From Verrucomicrobiota bacterium (lineage in GTDB: Bacteria > Verrucomicrobiota > Verrucomicrobiia > Limisphaerales > CANJXF01): a stretch of DNA of 64,000 nucleotides. The notes under the pieces are model-generated. The model made no database searches and was not told the DNA's origin. It was given only the letters and a program-made list of their open reading frames with translations. Location of the stretch: NCBI GenBank assembly GCA_043775015.1, contig JAYVSV010000047.1, positions 335 to 64,334 on the forward strand. Reading direction: 5' to 3'. Position numbers and translations under genes: made by a program. Shown here piece by piece: positions 1 through 8,860 of the stretch; position 1 is the stretch's first letter, and every line of letters starts with the position of its first letter.

Positions 1-1
1 T

Positions 2-586
2 CCCGTCGTCTGCCACGTTGGGCGCAAGGAACAGCTTGAGCATCTTGTCAAAGAAACTGAATCTCACTTCGGCCCGATTGATATTCTCGTTAACAACAGC
101 GCGACAAACATTGGCCAGGGTTCTTCGCTCGAAGCCGAGGACGAAATGCTCGATAAGATGGTGGAAATCAATATCAAGTCGGCTCTTCGTTTGGTTCGAT
201 TGATCGTTCCTAAAATGATCGAGCGTCAAAAGGGCGGGGCGATCATCAACATTGCCTCCGTTGCTGGTTTGCGCCCGCAACCCGGTGGTCTCCTCTACAG
301 CTTCACCAAAGCGGGCTTGCTCATGATGACCCGTTCCTGGGCGCAGGAGTTCGGTCCGTTCAACATTCGCTTCAATGCGATTGCGCCCGGGTTGATTCAG
401 ACTGATTTTAGCGAATTTTTATGGAAGAGCGACTCCACACGTGGCCAGTTCGAAGGCTCCACTCCTCTGCGGCGCATTGGACAGCCGGATGAGATTGCCG
501 GCTTGGCGCTCTACCTCGCTTCCGAAGAAGCTTCGTTCGTGACCGGGCAAGTGATGGTGGCGGACGGCGGTTTTACGGCGACGTGA
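2..586 (+). CDS. SDR family oxidoreductase (short-chain dehydrogenase/reductase), 5' end cut by window edge
   Basis: The frame of ORF 146..586 stays open back to base 2 ([36 protein letters not shown]...). It has the catalytic Ser context NIASVAG, YxxxK (YSFTK), IAPG and the C-terminal VADGG typical of classical SDRs. Confidence 0.85.
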   Translation, partial: PVVCHVGRKEQLEHLVKETESHFGPIDILVNNSATNIGQGSSLEAEDEMLDKMVEINIKSALRLVRLIVPKMIERQKGGAIINIASVAGLRPQPGGLLYSFTKAGLLMMTRSWAQEFGPFNIRFNAIAPGLIQTDFSEFLWKSDSTRGQFEGSTPLRRIGQPDEIAGLALYLASEEASFVTGQVMVADGGFTAT

Positions 587-765
587 CTGCTTTTATGGAA
601 GTTCGTTCTTGAACCCAAGAGATGTCCTAAACTATTAAAGAATCCGACTTCCAGTGAGCTTTTCGCCAGGGGTTCTTTCAGTGTAGAAATTAAGTTCTAT
701 TTTTTAGCTTTGAAATGCCCGCAAGCGCGTGGTAAAAATTCATCGACCACAAAGAACTGAATGTT

Positions 766-1560
766 ATGAAACCGTATAACGATACCTCGAAGCGGCTTTG
801 GCCAAACAGGGCCTTCACTTTGATTGAATTATTGGTGGTGATCGCCATTATTGCCATCCTGGCGGGCTTGCTGTTGCCTGCGTTGGCCAAGGCCAAGACG
901 AAGGCCAAGCGCATTGCCTGCCTTAACAACATGCGACAGGTGGGCTTCGCGCTGCACATGTATGACTCCGACTCCAATGGCAAACTTCCCAATCCGAGTA
1001 GCACGAGTGGCAGTCCGGCGTTCGACTTCAACAATCAATTTGCCGAGAATAACGTGTTCAAGGCCTTCCGTCCTTACATCGGGGTGAAGAGTGCCACGGC
1101 TACAACCCCAGTTTACATTTGTCCCACGGCAATTCCTTCAAAAAAGCCAGGTTATCAACCTACGGTAATCAGTTCCACTGCCATGCTGGTGAGTCAACTG
1201 GTGTTGGACAAAGGAGTCAACAAGATCAAAAATCCCTCCCGAACCGTGATCTTTCAGGAGAATTACTGCTTGATGAACGCGTTCTGGTACGAACCGGAGG
1301 GCTCGGGCGACACCTACAGCCAGTGGCACACGTGGACGGCCAATAGTGGCAGCGGCAACGAATGGAGCGGTACTCCCCGCGAGCATTACAACAATCTCCA
1401 CGAGCAGGGGGGAAATCTCATCTCCTGTGATGGTCATGCCGAACATAAGAAGAACACACAAACGTCGAGCCTGGACTTTGGTCTGGTGGATGCCGCTCTC
1501 AAAGATTCTCGTTGGCAACCGACCGAAGCGCATTCCCGAGCGACGTACTTTTATCGTTGA
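766..1560 (+). CDS. Prepilin-type N-terminal cleavage/methylation domain protein, H-X9-DG (DUF1559-like) family
   Basis: N-terminus is [30 protein letters not shown] (type IV pilin-like leader plus hydrophobic helix). C-terminal CDGHAEHKK motif is typical of the PVC-expanded H-X9-DG family. Confidence 0.85.
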   Translation: MKPYNDTSKRLWPNRAFTLIELLVVIAIIAILAGLLLPALAKAKTKAKRIACLNNMRQVGFALHMYDSDSNGKLPNPSSTSGSPAFDFNNQFAENNVFKAFRPYIGVKSATATTPVYICPTAIPSKKPGYQPTVISSTAMLVSQLVLDKGVNKIKNPSRTVIFQENYCLMNAFWYEPEGSGDTYSQWHTWTANSGSGNEWSGTPREHYNNLHEQGGNLISCDGHAEHKKNTQTSSLDFGLVDAALKDSRWQPTEAHSRATYFYR

Positions 1561-1579
1561 ACTGCTTTGCTTGCGAACC

Positions 1580-1951
1580 ATGAAATCCTCAATTCTATCC
1601 TTATTCCTCGTCTTGGCAGCCACGGTACTTTTGCTGGCGAGTTGTAAGGAGGCCAAAACAGATGCAACTCAAACGCTCCGGCAGTCATTTCAAACCGCCG
1701 ACCCGGAGGTCAAGAAAGCCATTGAGACGGTAAATAATAGCCTTAAGACAGCGAATTATTCAGAAGCCGCCCGGACATTGGCTCCGCTGGTTGACCAGCG
1801 CCCTATGACTGGCGCCCAAAAACAGGCTGTCGGCGTGGCGCTTCAACAGATCAATCAAGCGATAGCCGTTAATCCCGCCCTTGACACCAAAGAGATGTAC
1901 GAACTCCGCGCAAAGATGTTTCAAGCGGTCCAAAGCGGCCCGCGCTTCTAG
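1580..1951 (+). CDS. Small lipoprotein, function unknown
   Basis: Internal ATG of ORF 1346..1951 gives MKSSILSLFLVLAATVLLLASC with a lipobox (LASC). It starts 20 nt after the upstream gene. No recognisable domain. Confidence 0.55.
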   Translation: MKSSILSLFLVLAATVLLLASCKEAKTDATQTLRQSFQTADPEVKKAIETVNNSLKTANYSEAARTLAPLVDQRPMTGAQKQAVGVALQQINQAIAVNPALDTKEMYELRAKMFQAVQSGPRF

Positions 1952-2040
1952 TTACCCGAGAGGCCGACCAATACCAAGCAAGCCGAGGAGAGTTGAAAAA
2001 AAGTAGGCGCAATTAGCAACCTCCCTTTTTGAATCAGCGA

Positions 2041-2859
2041 CTACTTTCTAGTGCTTCTCTCCATCAGCCAGAGAACATCCTGATTATTTGCCGAGAGGAC
2101 ATTGAGCGGCAGACCTTGTCCAGCCTTGAGTACAGGTACGGTTCGACTGTCCTTCCACTTGTGGATTTCAGAGTGTCCGTCGGCAAACGAAAACGATCCA
2201 GCTTGATTGTGATAACTGGCAGGAAAATCGACGATCATCCAACTCCCCGGCTGGTCAGGATAGCCGTTCATGCTAACCACGAACTCGCCATCGTTAATAC
2301 TGTCTTCACGCTCATCAAGGAAAACCCAGGTTCGGCTTGGGCCGGGGTTTGTTAAATCGCTCGCTTTCTTGTAGATCCGAAATCCCGCTGGAGCAAACCC
2401 GGCCACATCCGTGCTGTCAAACCAGGCGTTCATCGCAATACTCCGGACGCGTGGCACTCTTTGTTTTGCAAAAGGTCCTGAATTGGGAGTAATCATGGAT
2501 CTATCGGCGGGACACTTCCAGATGCCCGCGCTTTTGCCGTAGGGCCAGAGAAGACTTTTCTTTATATCCCAGTCAATGTCCCAGTTGCTTCGATTAGCTG
2601 GATCGAAATTCATATCGCCACTGATCCATTCGCCCGTTCCATAGGACCGAGGAACTCTGTCCCGGCTGTCATCCGTGTAAAGCCTCCACGCCAGCATCAT
2701 CTGTCGGCCATTACTGAGGCAGGCAATTCCCTGAGCCTTGGTTTTCGCTTTGCTTAATGCAGGCAATAATAATCCGGCCAGAATGGCAATGATGGCGATA
2801 ACGACAAGAAGTTCAATCAGCGTAAAAGCGCGCGCGCCATGTTGTGAGTTGGTTTTCAT
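2041..2859 (-). CDS. Prepilin-type N-terminal cleavage/methylation domain protein, H-X9-DG family
   Basis: Has [30 protein letters not shown] at the N-terminus and [14 protein letters not shown] near the C-terminus. Collinear paralog of 49847..50707. Confidence 0.85.
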   Translation of the reverse strand: MKTNSQHGARAFTLIELLVVIAIIAILAGLLLPALSKAKTKAQGIACLSNGRQMMLAWRLYTDDSRDRVPRSYGTGEWISGDMNFDPANRSNWDIDWDIKKSLLWPYGKSAGIWKCPADRSMITPNSGPFAKQRVPRVRSIAMNAWFDSTDVAGFAPAGFRIYKKASDLTNPGPSRTWVFLDEREDSINDGEFVVSMNGYPDQPGSWMIVDFPASYHNQAGSFSFADGHSEIHKWKDSRTVPVLKAGQGLPLNVLSANNQDVLWLMERSTRK

Positions 2860-2943
2860 TTCTGCAATTGAGTTACTATCCTAAAAGAAAATCGACCTGG
2901 CAAGCGGCTAATGATGAAAAATATCATGTCGTAATGAAGTAAT

Positions 2944-3103
2944 GGGTGTGATTAAAAGTGGGTGAGGGCCACGCGGGCGCGATTGACTGCCGGGGCCATC
3001 GGAACGCCGCCCCGCAGTGGCGGGGCGGCAGCACGGGCAACGGGCTACAGGGCTGCCGCCTAAAGGCGGCGTTCCTCAGCCTCACCCACTTTTAATCACA
3101 CCC
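2944..3103. mobile_element. Non-autonomous MITE-like element: 160 bp, 24-bp perfect terminal inverted repeats, 9-bp target-site duplication
   Basis: Left TIR GGGTGTGATTAAAAGTGGGTGAGG (2944..2967) is the exact reverse complement of CCTCACCCACTTTTAATCACACCC (3080..3103). The element is flanked by the direct repeat TGAAGTAAT (2935..2943 and 3104..3112). The GC-rich interior carries nested hairpins (GCCGCCCCGC-AGTG-GCGGGGCGGC) and has no coding capacity. Confidence 0.75.
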
Positions 3104-3217
3104 TGAAGTAATCTTCTCCAGCCATATTACTTGAAAAATGTTCCGAAATTTTGAAGAGTGCAATTGCGTTTGGCGTCAGATTGCTTATTGTGTCAACAAG
3201 ACTGTTTAGAAACACTC

Positions 3218-3394
3218 ATGCGAATCAGGAAAAAACAATTTTGGAATGGCTCGTTCATTTGTGCAGGGGTGGGGTTGACTCTGGCGGTTTCTACAGTGCG
3301 CGACCGCTTCGCCGAGACGCCAGTGACGGGCTGCGCGATTAGCTTTGTCTCAGTCGCACCGAAAGATTTCAAAACCGTAAACAAATCCGTTTGA
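3218..3394 (+). pseudogene. Decayed copy of the redoxin/cytochrome c/Cu-monooxygenase gene family (signal peptide fused to linker segment; the rest deleted)
   Basis: MRIRKKQFWNGSFICAGVGLTLAVS matches the N-terminus of paralog 5419..7260 (MRIRNSLFWKATLLFAWVGLALAVS). TGCAISFVSVAPKDFKTV matches its linker KGCAISFVSVSPKEGKTV. Nucleotide similarity is visible (atgcgaatcagga..., gctttgtctcagtc...). The shared upstream block TCCGAA(A/C)TTTTGAAGAG lies about 55-60 nt before both starts. Confidence 0.6.
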
Positions 3395-3413
3395 TTAAAA
3401 GTTTTATTTATCT

Positions 3414-5282
3414 ATGAATACCGGAAAAAAAATTGCGCTTAGCTCGACACTGCTTGTCGTGGGGGCCGCGCTCATTGTCGGCGCACTTTGGGTTTTCAGC
3501 CCTGAAACGATCAGAAAAGCCAGCCCGATGTTGGCGGGTAAACTCAGTCAGGCCGCGAGTAGCCAGGACGCCGCCCCTCAAAAAGTTGAGGATTTCCACC
3601 TTTTGGATCAAGAAGGCCGTTCGCACTTTCTTCATCGCCAAACCAAGAGCAAGGTCGTGGTGTTGATTGCCACCGCCAATGGCTGCCCCGTTGTGAAAGA
3701 GGCTGCCCCCCGGATCAAAGCCTTGCAGGATCGTTTTGGGAAAGACGGCGTCCAATTCTGGATGATCGATTCCAATCCGCAGGACGACCGGGCCAGTATT
3801 TCCAGCGAAGTGAAGTCGCTGGGCCTCGACCTACCAGTTCTGAGCGACAGCATTCAGTTGGTCGCGAGTGAATTGGGTTTGACTCGAACGGCCGAAGCCG
3901 TTTGCATCAATACGGCAGATTGGACCATCATCTATCGAGGCGCAATTGATGATCAACTCGGCGATGCAACCAAGGCGACGCCCTCGAAAACCTATCTGGA
4001 AAACACATTAACTTCTTTCCTGGCGGCCAAGAAAATCTCACCGAGTCGCACAATGGCGAAAGGCACCGAGATTTCCTTTGCCGAAGCGAAAGATGCGGCG
4101 AAGACCCCGATCTCGTACGCGAATGAGGTCGCCCCCATTCTTCAGAAGAGCTGCGTTCCTTGTCACAGCCCGGGCAACATCGGGCCGTTTGCCATGTCAA
4201 ATTATGAAAAGGTAAAGGGCTGGGCGTCCACTATCCAAGAGGTTTTGTTGGCTCAACGCATGCCGCCGTGGCATGCGGATCCTCACTACGGCGACTTCGC
4301 AAACGAACGTGGCTTGTCGGCTGAACAAGCTCACACTCTGGTTCAATGGATTCAGCAAGGGGCGCCGCGTGGTGAAGGTGAGGATCCACTAGCGTCCAGC
4401 GCCGCAGTTCCAGCAGACCCGTGGCCGCTGGGCAAGCCAGATCGAATTGTGGCGTTCTCCAAAGCGGAGGAAATTCCTGACAACGGTGTTTTTGAGTATC
4501 GTTACATCTACGCTCGTTCTCCCTTTCCGAACAATGTTTGGTTGCGCGCGGCGGTGGTGAAGCCGGGCAATCGAAAGGCCGTGCATCATGTTCTGGTCAC
4601 GATTATGACGCCACAGGAATTGCAGGCCCGCAGGTCTCGCCAAGGTAATACTGCGGGTAGCGGTATCGATGGTTTTTTCGCTGCGTTTGTGCCGGGTTAT
4701 GATTCAGTGACTTTCCCCGAAGGGACTGGAAAATATTTGCCAGCAGGCTCAATCATGGTGTTTCAAATGCACTACACGGCAACGGGTAAACCGGAAAGCG
4801 ATCTGACCGAAATGGGTCTCTATCTTTCGAAGGAGAAGCCAAAGGTGGAGTTGAAAACCCGCTCGGCTTTTAATGTTCAATTTAAAATTCCACCCGGCGA
4901 ATCCAACCATGAAACCGTGGCGGAATATCGCTTTGCCAAGGAAGGCCTGCTTTACGAATTGATGCCACACATGCATCTGCGCGGGTCGTGGTTCAAATAC
5001 GAAGCGATGTATCCGGACGGCAAGAGCGAGGTGCTGCTCTCAGTCCCGAATTATGATTTCAAATGGCAGCATCTCTATCGGTTCAAAGAACCGAAACGTC
5101 TGCCTGCTGGAACACGTCTGGTCTGCCGTGGCGGTCACGACAATTCAACGCAAAATCCGGATAATCCTGACGCCACCAAGACGGTTGGCTTCGGCGAACA
5201 GACTTTCGATGAAATGTTCATCGGCTACATCAACTACTCCGACATTCCCCCAATCACGGTGGCCAGGAATTCCGGGAATTAA
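3414..5282 (+). CDS. Secreted three-domain protein: single-Cys thioredoxin-fold (AhpC/TSA-redoxin-like) + c-type cytochrome (CxxCH) + copper type II (PHM/DBH-like) monooxygenase core
   Basis: Has an N-terminal hydrophobic signal/anchor. Redoxin-like block is VVVLIATANGCPVV...YRGAIDD. Heme motif is CVPCH (nt 4152..4166) followed by RMPPWHADP. Cu-ligand pattern: HH in AVHHVLV (aa 391-392), H in FQMHY (aa 453), HxH in PHMHLRG (aa 519/521), M in FDEMF (aa 601). Confidence 0.8.
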   Translation: MNTGKKIALSSTLLVVGAALIVGALWVFSPETIRKASPMLAGKLSQAASSQDAAPQKVEDFHLLDQEGRSHFLHRQTKSKVVVLIATANGCPVVKEAAPRIKALQDRFGKDGVQFWMIDSNPQDDRASISSEVKSLGLDLPVLSDSIQLVASELGLTRTAEAVCINTADWTIIYRGAIDDQLGDATKATPSKTYLENTLTSFLAAKKISPSRTMAKGTEISFAEAKDAAKTPISYANEVAPILQKSCVPCHSPGNIGPFAMSNYEKVKGWASTIQEVLLAQRMPPWHADPHYGDFANERGLSAEQAHTLVQWIQQGAPRGEGEDPLASSAAVPADPWPLGKPDRIVAFSKAEEIPDNGVFEYRYIYARSPFPNNVWLRAAVVKPGNRKAVHHVLVTIMTPQELQARRSRQGNTAGSGIDGFFAAFVPGYDSVTFPEGTGKYLPAGSIMVFQMHYTATGKPESDLTEMGLYLSKEKPKVELKTRSAFNVQFKIPPGESNHETVAEYRFAKEGLLYELMPHMHLRGSWFKYEAMYPDGKSEVLLSVPNYDFKWQHLYRFKEPKRLPAGTRLVCRGGHDNSTQNPDNPDATKTVGFGEQTFDEMFIGYINYSDIPPITVARNSGN

Positions 5283-5418
5283 ATGATTTGTGGCGCGCTC
5301 CTTAACTGGAGGAAATTCGTCGAACTGCATTTCGTTACCTTTGAAATACTCCGAACTTTTGAAGAGCAGGTTTGTCTTCATCGTCATTTCTCATAACGTT
5401 TAGCAATTTTTTTTTTAA

Positions 5419-7260
5419 ATGATCATGCGAATCAGGAACAGTTTATTTTGGAAAGCCACGCTCCTTTTTGCGTGGGTCGGTTTGGCACTTGCGGTTTCGG
5501 CAAAAACGGACAGCACCAAAGACAAGCCGGAAAAATCATCGAGCGATGTCGTCGATAACTTTCGCCTGCTCGATCACGAGGGTAAGTCGCACGAACTATA
5601 CCGCCAGACACAGGCTCCGTTCGTGGTTCTGATCGTTGGAGGCAATGGATGTCCCATCGTCCGGCAAAGTATTGGGACGATCAAAGCCTTGCGGGAGCGA
5701 TTTGTGGAACAGAAGCCGGTTTTCTGGTTCATCAACGCGAACCCGCAAGACGATCAGGCGAGCATTGCCGAGGAAGCGAAGGAATTTGGTATCACCATTC
5801 CCGTGCTGATGGATGGATCGCAGATCGTTGCCCGCTCGCTGAAAATTACCCGGACGGCCGAAGTTATCGCGATCAGCACGAAAGATTGGAAGATTTTTTA
5901 TCGAGGTGCCATTGACGATCGACTCGGCTACGGCACGCAAAAAACCAAAACCACGAAGAATTTCCTGGCTGATGCTCTGGACAATTTTCATGCCGGGAAA
6001 AAAATCTCACCCATCAACACGCCGATAAAGGGCTGTGCGATCAGCTTTGTCTCAGTCTCACCCAAAGAAGGCAAAACTGTTTCTTACGCAAAAGAGGTCG
6101 CCCCGCTGTTGCAGAAAAACTGTGTTGTATGCCACAGCCCCGGGAACATCGGGCCGTTTGCCATGTCGAGTTACGAGAAGGTCAAAGGATGGTCTTCGAT
6201 GATACGTGAAGTGCTTTTAGAGCAGAGAATGCCGCCGTGGCACGCCGATCCGCACCATGGCGCGTTCGCCAACGATCGATCGCTGAGCCCAGAACAAACC
6301 CGGATGTTGATCACCTGGATTGAACAAGGTTCGCCTCGTGGTCAGGGTGAAGACCTCTTGGCGACCGAGGCCGCGCCCACCGTCGTCGATTGGCCGTTGG
6401 GCAAACCTGACTACTTGGTTTCGATGCCAAAGGAAGTTGAAATACCTGCGACGGGAGTTTTTCCCTATCGCTACGTTTTGGTGGAATCGCCCATTCCAGA
6501 AGATGCATGGTTACGCGCTGCCGTCGTGAAAGCGGGCAACCGGAAGGTGCTTCATCACTGTCTGGTTTTTGTAATTTATCCGAAAAACTCGGGCCATCGG
6601 CAGCCCGATGATAGGGGCGGTTTGGGCGGTTTCTTTGCTTCGTTTTTGCCCGGCACCGAAGAGGTCACCTTTCCGGAAGGGACTGGAAAATTTTTACCGA
6701 AAGGAACCAAGATCATTTTCCAACTTCATTACAGCGCGACGGGCAAAGTGGAAAAAGATTTAACCCAGATGGGTCTTTACCTGTGCAAAACGAAACCGCC
6801 GATGGAGTTGCACACTCGTTCCGCCGCGAAACATATTTTGGACATTCCACCTGGCGACCCCGATTACCAAGTCGAGGCACAATTTAATTTCCCACGCGAT
6901 TCAATGCTCTACTCGATGAGCCCGCACATGCATTTTCGCGGGTCCCGAGTCAAATATGAAGCCTTCTATCCAGACGGCAAACGCGAGGTCATTCTCTCGG
7001 TGCCCAATTACGATTTCAATTGGCAAACGCTCTATCGCTTGGCGGAACCGAAACGAATTCCTGCGGGCACCCGGCTGGTTTGCACGGGCGCTTTCAATAA
7101 TTCTGCGCAAAATCCGGCGAATCCCGATCCTACGAAGCTGGTTCACTTCGGTGAACAGACGTTCGATGAAATGTTCATTGGCTATTTCAATTATGCCGAA
7201 CTTCCTTTGCCGAACGCTGCTGCGGTGATTGATGCTGCGACAAAACAGGCTGCCAAGTAG
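5419..7260 (+). CDS. Secreted three-domain protein, tandem paralog: single-Cys redoxin fold + CxxCH cytochrome + PHM/DBH-like copper monooxygenase core
   Basis: Collinear with 3414..5282. Motifs: GGNGCPIV...YRGAIDD; CVVCHSPGNIGPFAM...RMPPWHADP; KVLHHCLV; FQLHYSATG; SPHMHFRGS; FDEMFIGY. An alternative ATG is at 5425. Confidence 0.8.
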   Translation: MIMRIRNSLFWKATLLFAWVGLALAVSAKTDSTKDKPEKSSSDVVDNFRLLDHEGKSHELYRQTQAPFVVLIVGGNGCPIVRQSIGTIKALRERFVEQKPVFWFINANPQDDQASIAEEAKEFGITIPVLMDGSQIVARSLKITRTAEVIAISTKDWKIFYRGAIDDRLGYGTQKTKTTKNFLADALDNFHAGKKISPINTPIKGCAISFVSVSPKEGKTVSYAKEVAPLLQKNCVVCHSPGNIGPFAMSSYEKVKGWSSMIREVLLEQRMPPWHADPHHGAFANDRSLSPEQTRMLITWIEQGSPRGQGEDLLATEAAPTVVDWPLGKPDYLVSMPKEVEIPATGVFPYRYVLVESPIPEDAWLRAAVVKAGNRKVLHHCLVFVIYPKNSGHRQPDDRGGLGGFFASFLPGTEEVTFPEGTGKFLPKGTKIIFQLHYSATGKVEKDLTQMGLYLCKTKPPMELHTRSAAKHILDIPPGDPDYQVEAQFNFPRDSMLYSMSPHMHFRGSRVKYEAFYPDGKREVILSVPNYDFNWQTLYRLAEPKRIPAGTRLVCTGAFNNSAQNPANPDPTKLVHFGEQTFDEMFIGYFNYAELPLPNAAAVIDAATKQAAK

Positions 7261-7329
7261 ATTGGTTGCAGAGGTCTTTCATCCGCGCCGCCGGGCGTGA
7301 ACCAAAACGATTTGTCTGAACCGCGCCGG

Positions 7330-7358
7330 TGCCGCCAAGGGCCAGCGGCAAGTTTTTT
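7330..7358 (+). terminator. Possible rho-independent terminator after the tandem monooxygenase genes
   Basis: TGCCGC-caagggcca-GCGGCA stem-loop followed by AGTTTTTT. The stem is short (6 bp). Confidence 0.35.
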
Positions 7359-7521
7359 GTAGGAAGGAATGCAAAAGTACTCGGCGCAACGCGCTCCGTT
7401 TCAACACCAGCCGACGCATCCTCACTACTTGCAAAATAAGCAATGGCGGAAATCGCGAAGAGAATCCGATTCGTTTCGATCAATGGAACCTTAATTTTCG
7501 CAGAACCGTTCCCGCCGGTTT

Positions 7522-8769
7522 TCATTCACCTGGCTTGGGAGAATCATCCACGAATTTCAGCACCTCGTTGACGAGGATTTCGCCCGTTCGTTCGCCGAGG
7601 CTGGTTTGCGAAATGTAAGAATAACGTTTGAAACTGTCGTAATCTTCTTTGGCCAAAATGTAGCCAAACGCGTCGTTGGTCAGACCGAAGAGCAGGTTGT
7701 GTTTCCCGCGCATTTTACGCTTCAAATAATAGCCGATGTTCGGCAAGGCTTCTCCTGGGATGGTGACAATTTGCGCGTCGCCCAAGTTCACGAGATTCAT
7801 TTGCGTGGAGATTTTTCCGTCCGTGAAGCCAGCTCCACCGGGCAATTGTTTGAGCAGCGCACGCATCAGCGGCGCATCTACGGGAAAAGAAATCGATCGT
7901 GCGGCACAATAAAGTTTTGGCGACTCTTGCTCAGGCGCATCCTGGATTATTCGCAGCGCCTCGTCCGCCAATAAATTGCCGATGCGCTGGCATTCCGCCC
8001 AATTGCGCGCCTCGCCATCGGGTTTGCGGTTGTCTGCCGTGATCATGCCGCCTTGCGCGCTGTTCATGAAAATTCCCGTCCCGCCGCCTTTCTCCGCGAT
8101 GCGACTGTAAAGCGGTCCGACCATGTCGGGACTGCAAACGCCGACGCCGCTCCCGATGACTTCGGGATGGATCGCATAATTGACCAGCGTCGCAAATGGT
8201 TTTCCAGATGCGTCCAAAAATTGAATCACGTTGCAACGCGGATCGTACAATTGCTCTGCGTAATAGTTGTAGGCGATTTTTCCATTGGCTTGACCCGTGG
8301 CGATTTTCATCCGTGCAGTTTGAAGGTTCGCCGTTGCTTCGTTAATTGCTTCGGCCATCCGAGCGCAAACCAGTTCCAGATATTTCGGATCGCTGGAAGT
8401 GCCACCTTTGCCGTCGGGGAAGCCGTAGCAATCCGGCGCGCTGTGGGTGTGCGTCGCACCGATTAAAATATTTTTGGGATCAATGCCTTTGACCGCCGCG
8501 CGGACTTTGTTGCCGAGCAGCGATGGAAAACCAAGGAAATCCGCGCTCACAATCGCGATGCGGGTTCCTTCTTGATCAACGACGAGGGCGCGCACATTGA
8601 GTTCGCCATCTTTGCGCGTGGTTTTTTTCGACGGACCGACCCCACCGCTGACCGGCAGAAGCGGATCGGGCGTGACATTGCGAACGGCGATGCCGACGCG
8701 CAATGCGGCAGACGCCTGCAAGGCGGAGAGTGTGAGGCAAATCAGGAGTGTGATTGATTTTAGTTTCAT
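7522..8769 (-). CDS. Neutral/alkaline ceramidase N-terminal-domain-like secreted hydrolase
   Basis: Signal peptide MKLKSITLLICLTLSALQASA. LRVGIAVRNVTPD...ELNVRALVVDQEGTRIAIVSADFLGF...GATHTHSAPD resembles the N-terminal domain of non-lysosomal ceramidase-family proteins. This is a family-level call only. Confidence 0.6.
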   Translation of the reverse strand: MKLKSITLLICLTLSALQASAALRVGIAVRNVTPDPLLPVSGGVGPSKKTTRKDGELNVRALVVDQEGTRIAIVSADFLGFPSLLGNKVRAAVKGIDPKNILIGATHTHSAPDCYGFPDGKGGTSSDPKYLELVCARMAEAINEATANLQTARMKIATGQANGKIAYNYYAEQLYDPRCNVIQFLDASGKPFATLVNYAIHPEVIGSGVGVCSPDMVGPLYSRIAEKGGGTGIFMNSAQGGMITADNRKPDGEARNWAECQRIGNLLADEALRIIQDAPEQESPKLYCAARSISFPVDAPLMRALLKQLPGGAGFTDGKISTQMNLVNLGDAQIVTIPGEALPNIGYYLKRKMRGKHNLLFGLTNDAFGYILAKEDYDSFKRYSYISQTSLGERTGEILVNEVLKFVDDSPKPGE

Positions 8770-8860
8770 AACTGCAAAGGGATTGTTTTGTGATTGATTA
8801 GATAGAGGCGATTTTCAAAAGCAAGGTTCAAACGTTCGTGAAAGCAAATTGCCTTCGATC

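Noticed and set aside
7187-7525. 112-aa minus-strand ORF in the convergent spacer between the monooxygenase paralog and the ceramidase-like gene
   Set aside because: It overlaps the 3' ends of both neighbours and spans a terminator-like hairpin. It has no signal or motif support.
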